A stretch of DNA of 59,169 nt from Vermamoeba vermiformis (Eukaryota). The notes beneath the pieces were generated by a model. That model searched no databases. It worked only from the letters and a program-made list of their open reading frames with translations, and was not told the DNA's origin. Both the position numbers and the translations under genes were made by a program. Position 1 is the first letter of the stretch, and each line of letters starts with the position of its first letter. The stretch lies in NCBI GenBank assembly GCA_045837725.1, contig JBEWZL010000263.1, positions 248,001 to 307,169 on the forward strand. The letters run 5' to 3'. Positions 39,292 to 52,180 of the stretch are shown here, in pieces.

Positions 39292-41797
39292 CTATTCGAC
39301 GTTATTTCCTTGTCGCGAGTACTCGGAATCTGCGCCGGCTTTATATTTTGGCATATGCTGTCTTGCAGAGAGTAACTGTAGCGGAACGTTTCGGTTCACT
39401 TACGATTCATTTGCCTCTTTTTTCACTTCCGCAGATTGCGCTTCAATCAATCTTCGTTGTAAAGTCATATGTTGGTGGTACAGCTCTTCGTACTGCTGGT
39501 GGTAGAATGCTTCTTTCTGTCCCATCTTCTGTTTCTGAGCCAACAGTTTCTCCTTCAATCTTTCAATCTCTCGATCCTTTTCATCGATACTCGAGTGACT
39601 AGCTCTGACATTAGGCAGTGCTTGAGGGACTGGCGGGACTGGTGGGGCTGAATGATGATGGTTTGACAGCGACGAGTTGACGCCCGAGCGAGCTTTGTTC
39701 ATGGTGAGCTTCGTCAGGAACATGGTAGCCACGGATATGCCTACAATCGTTGTTAATCATAACGAAGAAATATGTACCATGCAAAGATACGGACGAGAGA
39801 CAGCAGCCTCGAGGAGGGAAGAGAAAGAAAAAGAGTATACATTGGACCAACCCTAATGGCGAAAAAGCCCCAGAAAGTCCTAGTAGCGCGAAGTTATCTT
39901 AAAGATCTTCAATGAGCGAGTCGAGCTCAGTTTGAACACACGCCATGACTTGGCAAATAGCGCTCTGCCCTACAATTAGTTGTTGGTTTCAAAGCACAGT
40001 ACCGCGCTTACCCGAACATTATTGTGAACCCAAACGAAAGTAGCCAAGACTGCAAGTAGCATCCAGCTGCTGTAACATTTGTCAAGGTCCACGTGAATAG
40101 GCTGCTGTACAAGAATACAGAACCAAGCAAAAATGCAAATAACAGGTTCGAAGAGCTCGCTCTAAAACTCGTCAGTCAACGAGAAAATTGATGTCGATTT
40201 CGTACTTAATGATCGGTGACTTTCGCTTGACAATTGTGAAAATCATGAACCCTATTGAAACTAGAGAAAAGAACAGAGCGAGAGCAAAGAACGCCCATTC
40301 GGAAGGAAATCCTTTTTAAATCTAACGTCAAATTGCAATAACCTTAGTAAGCTTTGCCGTACCATTAAACTGAGGTTCAAAATTCCGTTCATTCCACGTC
40401 GGAAAAGGGTAAATAACTCTGTTGTCTTCAAATTGAGCCAACGGTGGGCCAATTACAATGCGCGTGCCATTGACGAATTGCAGGAAGACGCATGACAATC
40501 TGTTCGTGTGATCCACCCCAAAGAAGAACTGCCCCATGAAAGTATTCATATTGATACGTTCCACGGCTGCTAAGACGTCACTTTGTGAGAAACTATTTGC
40601 TGTCTATTATCCAAATGTCAATAAAAAAGTATTGTCCCGTTTAATTCACATTTAAAGTTTACCATAAGAGCTGTTTGATAAATTTCTCCGGCCATCGCTC
40701 CAAATGCAGCGTAGTCATCGGGAATCGAGCCATGTATTTTTTGGTAACTCTGCACGAACTGTCTCGTGTCACCAAATATTGGATCAGTTGGATATAAAGC
40801 AAAGGCGTCAAACTGAAGATCGTTATTACCTTTGGGTTTTTTTTTTCTCGTGGAGCGTTTGCCGGAGGGGGGGATTATATATTTGAAAGGCAGAAAGGTA
40901 AGGAAGCTTGGACTATACTTCTGGACTCGCATCTCCTCCAGCACGTATTGCGCACTTTGGCCGAATGCGCACGTTAACACAATATCAATAGCTCGTGTCT
41001 TCAGATCCTAAATTTTTTTTTAGATTTTCTTGCAGTTTCAATTAGATTTTCGAAGCAACTGCAACGATGACCTACTTGTATTATCTCCCGCAGCTCCGTC
41101 ATGGCTTTATCGTCCACTAAATCAGTAGTGGCACTCCAGTTGTATCGCTGTACTACTAAAACGCCTCCGGCCTTCGCCTTTCAAGAAGATTAGTTCTGGT
41201 AACTTCGAGAAATGGATAACTTACTTGAACATCGGTTAGCTCACCACAGGCCTCCGTAGTGAGTATAGATTGCGAAACTATAAACGCGATCTTTTTCGCG
41301 CCTTCCAAGCGGAAATACGGAAATGAGACAAGAGGGCATCTCGACGCGGTCGTAACTACGCTCAGTGCGTATGGATTGCTCTCGATAAATCGCTTTGAGC
41401 TCGCTGAAGTGCCTAGTAGAACTCTGGGCTGTCCGCTCAAAAAGTTGGAAACCGGGTTGCTAACATCGCTGCCAATTGGTCCTAATAGATAATCTACTGT
41501 TGGATCATTTGTTAATGTAGCGTAGTTGTCAAGCACGGAGGGTATTGAGCCATTATCGGTCAGTACTTTCAGCACAAATTGATATTTTTCTCCGCGGATC
41601 TCTACTGTCGAGTTGATCTTGGACAACCACAAATTCAGTCCGCGCATCACTTGGACTCCCTGCTGTGCGCGAGTATTTGTGGAGTTGCCAATAGTAACAG
41701 AAATGCCAAGTGTTATCGTGCCAGCAGCAATGTTAGCAAAGCTGTGGTGAACCAAAGCAAGCACCACTAATGCTAAGATCCAGCGCCGTTTCGACAT
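39292..41797 (-). CDS. Class C (GABA-B/Dictyostelium Grl-like) GPCR with periplasmic-binding-protein ectodomain; TM4-TM6 apparently missing
   Basis: Signal peptide; ectodomain motif VDYLLGPIGS; TM1-3 motifs KRKSPII|KASS and GCYLQSWLLSFGFTIMFG|ALFAKSWRV. An in-frame stop follows at ~39880, then a TM7-like segment and a coiled-coil tail. The 3' end is approximate. Confidence 0.75.
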
Positions 41798-42369
41798 TGG
41801 CGTTCACTATTGGTATGTCTTTAAATGTAAATTTAAATGCTAATACAATTTTAGCGCAACATGGGTTTGGACAAAAGTAAATTATCGCTTTAGATTTCGC
41901 AAGTTTTCCGAACGCTAAAAATTGGCATACCTGTTGCATTTAATTTCACTTATGTGCATAATGTAACCACCGAACATGGCGCCAGAAGTTATGCTCAGGG
42001 AAGCACAAGCACAGCGTGAGTAAAAACAATTTTTAATTGCAAATGCAAATCCGAACCAGATGATAAATTAAAACAAAACATCGAAGCACTATTTAGTTTA
42101 CTACTATTAATAAATATTAAGGTATCATAAATTAATAATAGTTGGAAACGTTTTAGATTCAATCAATTAATTCAAGTAGATAACGTTGAAAATTGCATAA
42201 ATTAGGCGCGTTAAGAATTTTCTTTTATGTAAACGTTATGCTCACAAAATATCTTCGCTTACTGAATTATTTGCCGCATGATTCTTTGCTGTTGATCGAG
42301 AACAAATAACTAGTAAGCACCATTCTACGCATGTATTTCAGCTGATGAAATTACACAACAGCTTGTCAT

Positions 42370-42717
42370 ATCTTGATTGGGTTGAAGGGAATGAACGTGA
42401 TTGAAAGTCCGAACGGTTGAGATCGCCCACGTGCTGCAGCGAGATCTCCAACCCCGAGGTTGTCCGAAATCCCTTCCGCCGGGGGAGGCAACTTCGGGAG
42501 TCATTGTAAACTAATATTATCACACTGTTCCGGAACGATCTTCCGTTCCGCAGCGGAGGATTTAACAGAGAGAAGGAAGACATTTTTATCATTATTTGTA
42601 GGCCTTGAATGCACTAGAGCTCAACCGAAGCAAGCCCAAATATAACTATGAGTGGGTTAATTGCTTCTGAGCATATTCCACGATTGTTGGAACAAAATAA
42701 GGTACGCCGATCGAGTT
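42370..42717 (+). ncRNA. Candidate structured RNA with partial RNase P RNA-like motifs (unconfirmed)
   Basis: Motifs GAAAGTCC (42403), AACAGAGAG (42564) and AAGCAAGCCCAAATA (42628), several hairpins, and terminal pairing of 42372-42380 with 42707-42715. The P4 partner is poor and the 3' end overlaps the ABCC first exon. Confidence 0.2.
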
Positions 42718-45700
42718 GTAACGTGAACAAAACCTAATCTAATTACTCGTTATCAATAAATTAATAAATGATAAGAAAAGGCTGATTACTCGTTATTAGG
42801 ACGAAGAGACTCAAGAGAAATATATTGTAGGCAAGCCCTTAAATCCTAGTCTCAACGCGCGTGCATTCTTTAACTCAGCGTCGCCACTCGTGCGCAAAGG
42901 AAATAACTCGCCTATTGTGGATGCTGACATTTGGAGGCTGGATGACGAGAACACCGCTGGATTTATTTGGTCTAGAGTAGCTCCCGAATGGGAAGCAGAG
43001 CGCAAAAAGCCAGAGTACGTTGATTGTAAATTGAAGCATTACTGCATCCTAACTTTTAACATTCTGCAGTGCATCGTTGTTTCGTGTCTTTCGGAAAGTC
43101 GTGGGCAAAACATTTCTCGGGGCACTTGGTGTATTCGCTATGTATGGTAAGCGAGTATCTTTCTCCAGTAGTTCGATCTAACTTCCGTTACAGGTGTTCT
43201 CTCTTTCGTGAACCCAGTCATGTTACCTTTCTTAATTACCTATGTTAATGACCCCAACGTGCCAAACTATGCAGGCAAGTAGTAGCTATCCGCTTAGACA
43301 CTAGGACTGATCATTAACCTTAGGCTACATTTATGTGCTCTGTTCTGTTCTCGGCCAGTTAGTGGCTTCATTTTGCTATTACAATGGCATGCTACGAGGA
43401 AATTTGTTCGGCATTAGAGTACGTCATGTGCAGTTAATAATCGTGATTCGTCTAACTCGTGATTCAGATCCGTTCCGCGATGATCTCCCTCGTGTACCGT
43501 AAGAAATTGGATGTGGCTACAGGTGCACTAATACTCATCTCTTATAGGTAAATCACTCACGATGGCTCCGAGAAGAGACGCAAACACTGGTCAAGTAGTC
43601 AATCTTATTAGCTCGGACGCGCTGTTTATTGCTGACACGATGAACTTGTTCTTGCCTGGCATTACGGCACCGGTTCAAATCATTAGTAAGTGCACTTACT
43701 TTTTGCCGAACCATGTCACTAACACGTGCGATAGTCGCTATTATCATTTTGGCAGTCTACATTGGCTACTACGTTGTCATCACAGTTGGCATGTTAGCAA
43801 TTGCCCTGCCAATCGCTGCAGCGCTCGGTCGTCGCTTTGGCATGTATCGTCTTAACATTCAAAAGAACGGAGACAGACGCTTGAAGTTGACCAACGAACT
43901 CCTGCAAGGCATCCGCATTGTCAAGTACTACGCTTGGGAGAACGCGTTCAGAGATAACATTGAGACCAATCGCGACGAGGAACTGAAGAGTGTGCTTGGC
44001 TTGTCAAACAGCAGAGCACTTCTCATCTTCATTATGCGCTACTCTACTGTGATCGCTGTCGCCATTACTTTGGTACGTTTCACGCTTCATAATCGGTCTA
44101 TTTGCTAATGCACCTAGATTACGTATTCAATCTACGTGCCCGGCGGACTAACGCAATCTATTGCCTACTTGGTGTTCTCAGTGTTAAGCATCGTGCAGAC
44201 AGCGTTCATCTTATTGCCCGTGTCTATGTCATTCATCGGCCAATATCTCAACAGCTTTGGACGCGTACAAACCTTCGTCTCACAACCGGATATTGTTCCT
44301 GCTGAGACTACGAACGACGGAGAGGTCAAGATTGTTATTGAAAATGGCGAGTTCACGTGGCCTGGCGCTCCTCAACCAGCTGTCAAAAACGTCGCTTTGA
44401 ACGTATGTTTGGCCAATAATCATCATTAATCGAAACTAATAATGCAAATAGGCGAAGAAAGGAGATCTAGTGATGGTGGTCGGTTCTGTTGGCAGTGGCA
44501 AGTCATCATTGATTTCTGCCATGCTGGGAGAAGTGCCGCGCACTGCTGGCAATCTCAAATTGAATGGTTCCTTGGGCTACGCAGCGCAAGAGGCCTTCAT
44601 TTTCAATTCGACCGTGCGCGAGAACATCATTTTTGGCAAGCCATTCGACATGCAAAAGTACCAAGCCGTGTTGGAGGCTAGTGCTTTGATGTCCGACTTG
44701 GCACAGTTCACCGCTGGCGATCAAACTGAGATTGGTGAGCGAGGTGTCAACTTGTCAGGCGGTCAAAAGCAACGCATTGCCATTGCTCGTGCACTCTACG
44801 CTGATGCTGACATTGTACTGCTGGATGACCCGTTGAGTGCAGTCGACGCGCACGTCAGCAAGCACTTGTTCGAGGAGGCTATTCAAGGCATGCTCAAGGA
44901 CAAGTTGGTAGTTTTGGCTACAAATCAACTTCAGTACCTGCCATTTGCCACCGACATCATCTTCCTGCAAGGCAATGAAATGGTCGCAAAGGGCAAGTTC
45001 GCGGATTTGATCAAGTCGAATGCCGCTTTTGCCGAGCAAATGACCAAGTACGGAGTGATGAGCGGGGAGAAGAAGGAAGACGAGGAGCAAGAAGAGAAAA
45101 AGAAGGAGGTGGCCAAGCCGACTCAACAAGCACAGCAAAAGACTGGCGAGAACAACAGCGGCTTGTTGATCAAGGACGAAGAAAAACAAGCGGGTTTGAT
45201 TGGCCCCGAGGTTTACTCGTACTACATCAAGAAAGGAGGCGTCGTGTCATTCGTCGTGATGCTGTTCTTCTTCGCGATTACCACTGGAGCTCGTGTCACT
45301 AGCTCGTGGTGGATCTCGCAGTGGACTTCAAGAACTCACCCTGGAGACGTTGCCTTGACTTCCAGCCAATGTAAGATAAAATTATATACTGCAACAGCGG
45401 CTAACTATTCGGATAGACATTGGCATCTATGGCGGCCTTATTGGTGTTGAAGTATTCTTCGCTCTTGGCGCAATCTTGATGTCGGTCTTGTTGACCATTC
45501 GTGCCTCGAAAAACCTTCACTACGGCTTGCTGAGCAAAGTTGTGCGTGCTCCAACAAGCTTCTTTGATACAACTCCTCTTGGAAGGTAAGAAAAAGATTT
45601 CAATGATTTAAGACGGAGACGAGCTAACAGTATTGCAGAATTTTGAATCGATTCTCGAAAGAATTAGACTTGATCGACAGTGTGTTGCCACTGCAGTTCT

Positions 45701-47359
45701 TCAATCTTTTCAATGCCATATTTATCCTCGGCAGCATTTTCGCCTCGATGGCCTTTGCATCGCCCTACATGCTCATTCCTGTCGCTGCCTTGATCGTGGG
45801 CTATTTCTTCTTCAACATGTACTTCACGAAGACTTACCTTGAGATTCAACGTCAAGAAGCTCTGTCACGTGCTCCAATGTTTTCAAGACTCGGCGAGACT
45901 CTTCGCGGTGCAGCAACCATTCGCGCGTACAAGATGGAGAACGTGTTCCGCAACTTGAACAACTTCATCATTGACACCAACTCGCGCCACAGATTCGCTC
46001 AAGTTTATGTCCTATCGTAAGCTCTTTCACACGTGATGTTACATCCCTAATCTAACAATTACGCAGTTGGTATGGCTTACGCTTGGACGCTCTCGGCTCC
46101 TTGTTGATTTTGATCTTGTTGGTGCTCATCGTCACTCTCAGAGTCGCAGCGCCTGGCACTCTGGTTGGTCCATTTGCTTGTAAGTATCCAACACTTGAAA
46201 CTTCAAAAAAGAGACTAACGCAAATACAATAGCGTTGGCGTTGTCCTACACCTCGAGTTTGACTTCAGTATTGTCCTTGTTGAACAGCAACAAGACAGAT
46301 ACCGAAGCTCGTCTCAACTCTGTGGAGCGCATCAAGGAGTACGACTTGTTGCCGCAAGAAGCACCTGAAATCATTGACGAAAATAGACCTCCCAAGAACT
46401 GGCCCGAGAAGGGTGACATTACATTCAAAAACGTCTCATTGCGTTACAGCCCACAAGGCGAGAAAGTTCTTAACGGCGTCACTGTGGATATCAACGGCGA
46501 GGAGAAAGTTGGCATTGTTGGCCGCACTGGTGCTGGCAAGTCAACGATGTTGCAAGCTCTCTTCCGATTGGTCGAATTGGCAGAAGGCGCTATTGAGATC
46601 GATGGCATTGACATATCGACCATTGGCTTGCGTGACTTGCGTTCAAAGATCTCTATCATCCCACAGGAGCCAGTGCTATTTTTAGGCACCGTTAGATACA
46701 ACCTCGATCCGTTCAATGAACACAGTGACGTGGAGCTATGGGAAGCATTGAAAATGGTCAACTTATCCGCGGTTATTGAAGGCTTGGCAGGACAACTCGA
46801 TGCTACCGTTGAAGAAAATGGTTCAAACTTCAGCGTTGGTCAGCGACAATTGATTTGTATGGCACGTGCCCTGCTTCGAAAGACCAAGGTACGACGCACT
46901 CACCATATTCTCGCTCTGGTAATCCTGCTAATACGTTCTTCACAGATCTTAGTCATGGATGAGGCGACTGCGTCAGTGGATTTGGACACGGACATGCTCA
47001 TTCAGACCATGGTGCGAAGAAACTTTGCGAACAGAACTTCGTTGACCATCGCTCACCGGTAAGTACTACGAGAAAAGTTAGTACCTTAGCAATGTCACTT
47101 ACACTTTCATTACAGATTGAACACAGTAATGGACTCCACGAAGGTTATGGTGCTGAACAGAGGTCAGCTTGTCGAATATGACAAACCGATCCAATTGTTG
47201 AATGACGATAAGACAATCTTCCATTCAATGGTGCAAGCCACCGGTCCCGAACAAGCAGCACATTTGAAGCGCATTGCCAACGGAGAGATCGGTGTTGTAC
47301 AGTCATTGCAGTCTTTGAAAGAAGTTTCATTGAGCGAAGCTTCGGTATCAAATTTGTAA
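42648..47359 (+). CDS. ABCC/MRP-type full ABC transporter (TMD-NBD-TMD-NBD)
   Basis: [14 protein letters not shown]1: [29 protein letters not shown]2: [31 protein letters not shown]. Confidence 0.96.
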
Positions 47360-47404
47360 ATATATTTATGTGAATACAACAATTAAAATTTAAAACCAAA
47401 AACA

Positions 47405-48373
47405 ATGATTGATACATTCGAAACGATTCTTGATGGAATAGATGAAGCCGACTTGTTGCCGGTTAGTTTCACGCTTGAAGATCTGGAAGGTATTATTTTG
47501 TTTTCAGAATACCACGATAATTTTGCTAATATTTAGGTAATAATGGTTTAGTTAAAGAAAACATTGGAATAAAAAGGGTAAGCCGAGCAAAAATGTTTAC
47601 CGTCGTCTCACTAAATTGATCCAAGAAATTCTCGGAATTGACCACGGACACGCAAGCGCAGACAAAAGAAGAGCCAGAACTTAAGAAGCCTAAGAGTTCT
47701 CCGGAAAAAGATAAACCAAAGCCTAGAACAATTTTCAACAGTCCTTTAGGTCACGTCGAGTATTACGCCAACTTCATTGAGCGAAGTGAAGCGACAAGAA
47801 TACGAGACGCACTTATTAAGGATGTGCCTTGGGAGAAGGAAGAAATTGTGATTTTCGGCAAAAAAATTACGGCGCCGCGGCTTGGTAAGTTCTTTCACTT
47901 TTCTTCGCCAATTCGCTAACTAAGCCTCAGTCTATTCATTCGGCGACGAAGGAGTTTTTTATCGTTACAGTGGAACTAAAAGAACAGCTGCTCCATGGCA
48001 CGCAGAATTGCTGAAAATGAAGCAAGACATTGAAAAACACTACGGCGACAAATTCAACTTTGCTCTAGTAAACTATTACCGTGACGGCACCGACTACATC
48101 GGTTTTCACAGCGACAAAGAAGGTGATTTAGTGGCTGGTGCACCAATTGCCTCCGTCAGTCTCGGAGCTGAGCGAGATTTCATACTAATGAGCAACAACA
48201 ACTCCGCACAGAAACATACCTTACTGCTGCAGAACGGCAGTTTGCTATTCATGCGCGGCAATACGCAGAAGAATTACAAGCATTCCGTGCCTAAATCAAA
48301 AGTCCTATTGAAAGAGCCGCGGATCAACATTACGTTCAGGATGATAGATCTGAAGAGAATTAACAAGAAATAA
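47405..48373 (+). CDS. AlkB-family 2OG-Fe(II) dioxygenase, ALKBH2/3-like DNA demethylase
   Basis: Motifs NYYRDGTDYIGFHSDKE (HxD), IASVSLGAERDF, YKHSVPK and RINITFR. Two short upstream exons lead back in frame to ATG 47405. Confidence 0.9.
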
Positions 48374-48412
48374 TAATTTAATATTATGTACATTTAACCT
48401 TCTATAAATACA

Positions 48413-49496
48413 TTACTTTGCCACTACGAGATTTAATCCTTCAGGCACCCTGGATTTGAATTGTTAGGATATTATTATTTGCATTGTATTGCCAGTACTC
48501 ACCATTTCGTGTCAACTTTCCAATCGATGTCACCACCGTATTCTTTGAGCAAGTGTTCCTTATCGATGAACTCAGCAAGCTTGGTGTCGGACACGATGTG
48601 GATCTGCGATTAGGGGTAAGCATTGGGAGCACACGTAATATGATTTGACATACACGCTTGGTCATTTTCTTCTTGAACACGATCTTAGCAAATCCAATCA
48701 TGATTTTTGTTATCAGTCCTGCGTGAATGACGTAAATGGCGTGGATCCGCGTCGGAAAGTGCTCCATCAACGCAGTACTAGGGAATGTTAGCATTGCAAT
48801 TAGCCATTGATTCGATATCACGTACGCAAATTTCTTCATTTTCGAACTAGTTTCGATATTTCCAAGTCCAGCACCGCGCATGTCGTTCACGAGAATTATT
48901 CCTTTTCTAAATACACTCAAACTAGATCCGGGAATTAGATCGATTGCTCAATATGCTAAGTTAATTTACTTACGGCTCGTTGGCCATAACAGTGTCCCAG
49001 AACCAAAAAATATACGCGATCATTTGAGCTATGGTGTACTTTTTCGGATGGAAGTGTTCCATAAACTTGTAAACGACTAGTCTTCCTTCTCGATCTGTTC
49101 TTCCCTTATAATATATCTGACTACCTCCTGCAGCCATTTGTTCGTTCAGATCTTGCAGGCGAATGCTCCCGGTCCCGAGGTTGTGTTCTTTGCGAAGAGC
49201 CTGATCGTGTTTAGTGGTCGTAATGCGTACAATTGCATTACTTACTAGGTAGCCTTCTAATGTTTTAATCGCCCTTTCGACATTGTGCTTGCGGCAAATT
49301 AGAAATATTAACAGAAATCGTTCTGAAAATGAACCTGCGACTGGATGCTTCTTCATCTCTTCCAAAAGCTATTTAAAAAATTAAGTAAAATATTTTATAG
49401 TGTAGTAATTATTATTGGCGGTACCTGACGCTCCTCTTCGAAGATGTGATCGGGATCGTGCTCGGTTGTTAATTGGAACTTGTCTTGTGCTTCCAT
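48413..49496 (-). CDS. CRAL-TRIO/SEC14-like lipid-binding protein
   Basis: FLLIFLICRKHNVERA, TDREGRLVV, GIILVNDMRG, HFPTRIHAIYVIHA and LLKEYGGD. Confidence 0.88.
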
Positions 49497-49735
49497 TACT
49501 TGGTACCTTTATAAATAACAAACGTTGACGCCGCTTTAAATATATTGTTGCGCCGGAGGTTGCGTAACAAAGTTCTTACGCTCACCTTTCGTTTTTCGGC
49601 AACCCTTCTTTCAATTCATTTTATGGTCCTATTGTCTTTCGTAAACTAATTGTTGAGTTTACGTTGTCTTGAGCCACATTTTTAATTAAAATTAATTTTG
49701 AGATATTTTTAGTTTCACTTTGACTTCTTGACACG

Positions 49736-50790
49736 ATGAACACACAACTCGTAGTCTTCTGCTTATTTATCGCTGCTGCTTTTGCTACGCGCGGAGTAGA
49801 CGTCTCGGCACCTACTTCTCAATCCTCGTTCAGTTGCATGGTCAACAACGGCTACCACTTCGCTGTCGTTCGAGTAAGATAGAAGATCTGGCCTCAAAAA
49901 ATTCAAATAAATTATTCACACTGCGCAGATAATTAATCTAATACTGTAGGCTTACCGCAGCAATGGAACTCCGGATCCTAACGGTGCTCAAACGATTAAA
50001 AAGTAAGTCAGCAGAACGGCAATTTTAAACAAAAAGGAAAATTCTAACACTGTTTCATTAACAGCGCTTGGGCTGGTGGTGCGTATTTACTGCGATCGTA
50101 ATCATGATTGACTTGTTCTAATTTTTCTTTGCGGAACAGGTATGGCTCATGTCGATGGCTACATGTAAGTATCTGCGATTCAATCTCCTCTTATATTATG
50201 TTCTAATTGTGCTTTAGCTTCCCTTGCCCTACTTGCGGTAACCCCGCTAAGCAAATGACTGACACCGTCAACAGCCTTCGTGCTGGTGGTGCCAAGTTCG
50301 GCATGATCTGGTAAGCTTCACAATCCTTCAATTTGGCCACAATTAATGCTCTGCGTATTGTATACAGGCTCGATATTGAAGGTCCGCAATACTGGCACTC
50401 GAGCCAACAAGCCAACAGAGATTTCTTCAACGGTTTGGTGGCCCAAGGACGCGCCATGGGTACGTGTTACCAATGCACCCACGCAGCTCCTCTAATATTA
50501 TTTCCATATTTAGGCATTCACATGGGTGTCTACACCAGCAAATCTCAATGGATTCCAATTATGGGTGACTGGAGCGGTGGTTCTAGCATGCCTCTTTGGT
50601 ACGCCCACTACGACAGCAACCCCTCGTTCTGTAAGTCATTCGCTGCGCCAATAATTACACCACGAGCTAATACTGATCGTCCACAGCCGACTTCTCTGCC
50701 TTTGGTGGTTGGTCCAAGCCCTCCATCAAGCAATTCAAGGGCACTACTTCTTTGTGCAGCGGCAGTGTCGACGAGAACTGGTACCCTTAA
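49736..50790 (+). CDS. Secreted GH25-like (protist-type) lysozyme
   Basis: Spliced: signal peptide, GVDVS, AVVR|AYRSNG, IW|LDIEG, GVYTSKSQW, PLWYAHYD, DFSAFGGWSKPSIKQF and VDENWYP*. Confidence 0.93.
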
Positions 50791-50827
50791 TTCACCCCAC
50801 AGCCTTATGTCTCGTGCACGGCGTTCT

Positions 50828-51837
50828 TTATTTCGGCGTGTAAGTGCCACAAATCACGTCCCAATAAATGTACGAGCCAAAATTGCCTTTTCCGCTGCTG
50901 TGATGCAAGTCGTGGAAAGTAGCGCCTTGGTAGCCAATGTATTTGAGAACGTGCGACAAGTGCCTGCGTGCACAAGCATTAGTAAATTAGCAAGCAGTGG
51001 CTTGTATACGTACCATGGTAAGACGTAGCCAGAGTGCGCTTCAGTGCCGCGCATTTCGCGGAACAACAACCAGATCCAAAGTGTGGTAATGTGAATGCCC
51101 GAGTACAAGCCAGCAATCAACGGAGGAATCAGCGCGGGCAGTAAGAAGTTGAACACAAATTCCATCGGGTGCGCGATCTCTCCCACCAAACTAAGAATCA
51201 AGGTTAAGGTTGACGCGCGACGGATCCAGGTCATGAATTTCTTACCTGTAGGGAGCGTTGTATTTGTGATGAATGTAGTGATATTTGCGGAACATCGTCT
51301 TTTGATGGAAGAGGCGGTGAACCCAGTAGAACAAAGCGTCTTCGAGAAGATTGAAAAATACAAATTGAGCGGCGAATTTGGACCTAGTCACGAGGTTAGA
51401 CGCGACAATCCATATTAATACGTTAATAACATTACATACCAGCTCGGGAACTCCAATCCCGTCTGAAAATTACAATATCTGAAAATAGGATAGCCGAGGA
51501 ACACGCACATTGGCAAGACAATGATGAAATGCTCTCTGAATGACTTCCAAAACTCTCGCGTCATTTCATTTAAATCATTCTTACGATTCTATAAATATAA
51601 TGTAAATTAAACAGCAAAGAATAATGTTATTTCAAAGATTTTTTCAGTTAATATTAAATTAATACTTACCGGCTGGATCTTGCGGTCTTGAAACAGCGAA
51701 TATTTTTCTATAAATATATACGGTAAATTGCAGACGAGCCAAATCATTTTATGCGCAATAAACGTCCCGATCGCGAGAATCCAGAAGTCGGAGAAGTTAT
51801 TGGCTATAGGTGCCCATAATGCGGTGCCTATTGACAT
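50828..51837 (-). CDS. Sterol C4-methyl oxidase / fatty-acid-hydroxylase superfamily (ERG25/SMO-like)
   Basis: Histidine boxes FYWVHRLFH, YHYIHH, AHPME, EAHSGY and FHDLHH, ending GNFGSY.YWDVICGT. Confidence 0.88.
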
Positions 51838-52180
51838 TTTTATTGCTGTGACCGGAGAGTTGTTGTTACTCTCCTCCGTTTGGTAAAATTATTGAATTTC
51901 ATGAACGCGCAGATGCGAAAGCAACAACTGGTTTGGCAAATACCCAAAATAATCTGCAATTCAGATCACGTCTATTTTTGTCTATTGTTTGCTACCCTCG
52001 AGCGATTAAAAACATGTTTCGGCACAAATGGCAAATACGAAAATCGAAACGCGCAAACTCTTTTTTTATCGCGAAAGATTTAAAATTTTGTCTGACTTCA
52101 CACAAAATACTACAAGTCGTATTTTTGATTTTATGATTGTAGTAGATAGTTAGCGCAAGATATTTATTCGATTAATCAGG

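Noticed and set aside
50333-51028. 231-aa ORF as a standalone gene
   Set aside because: It reads through lysozyme exons and introns and into the antisense of the sterol oxidase.
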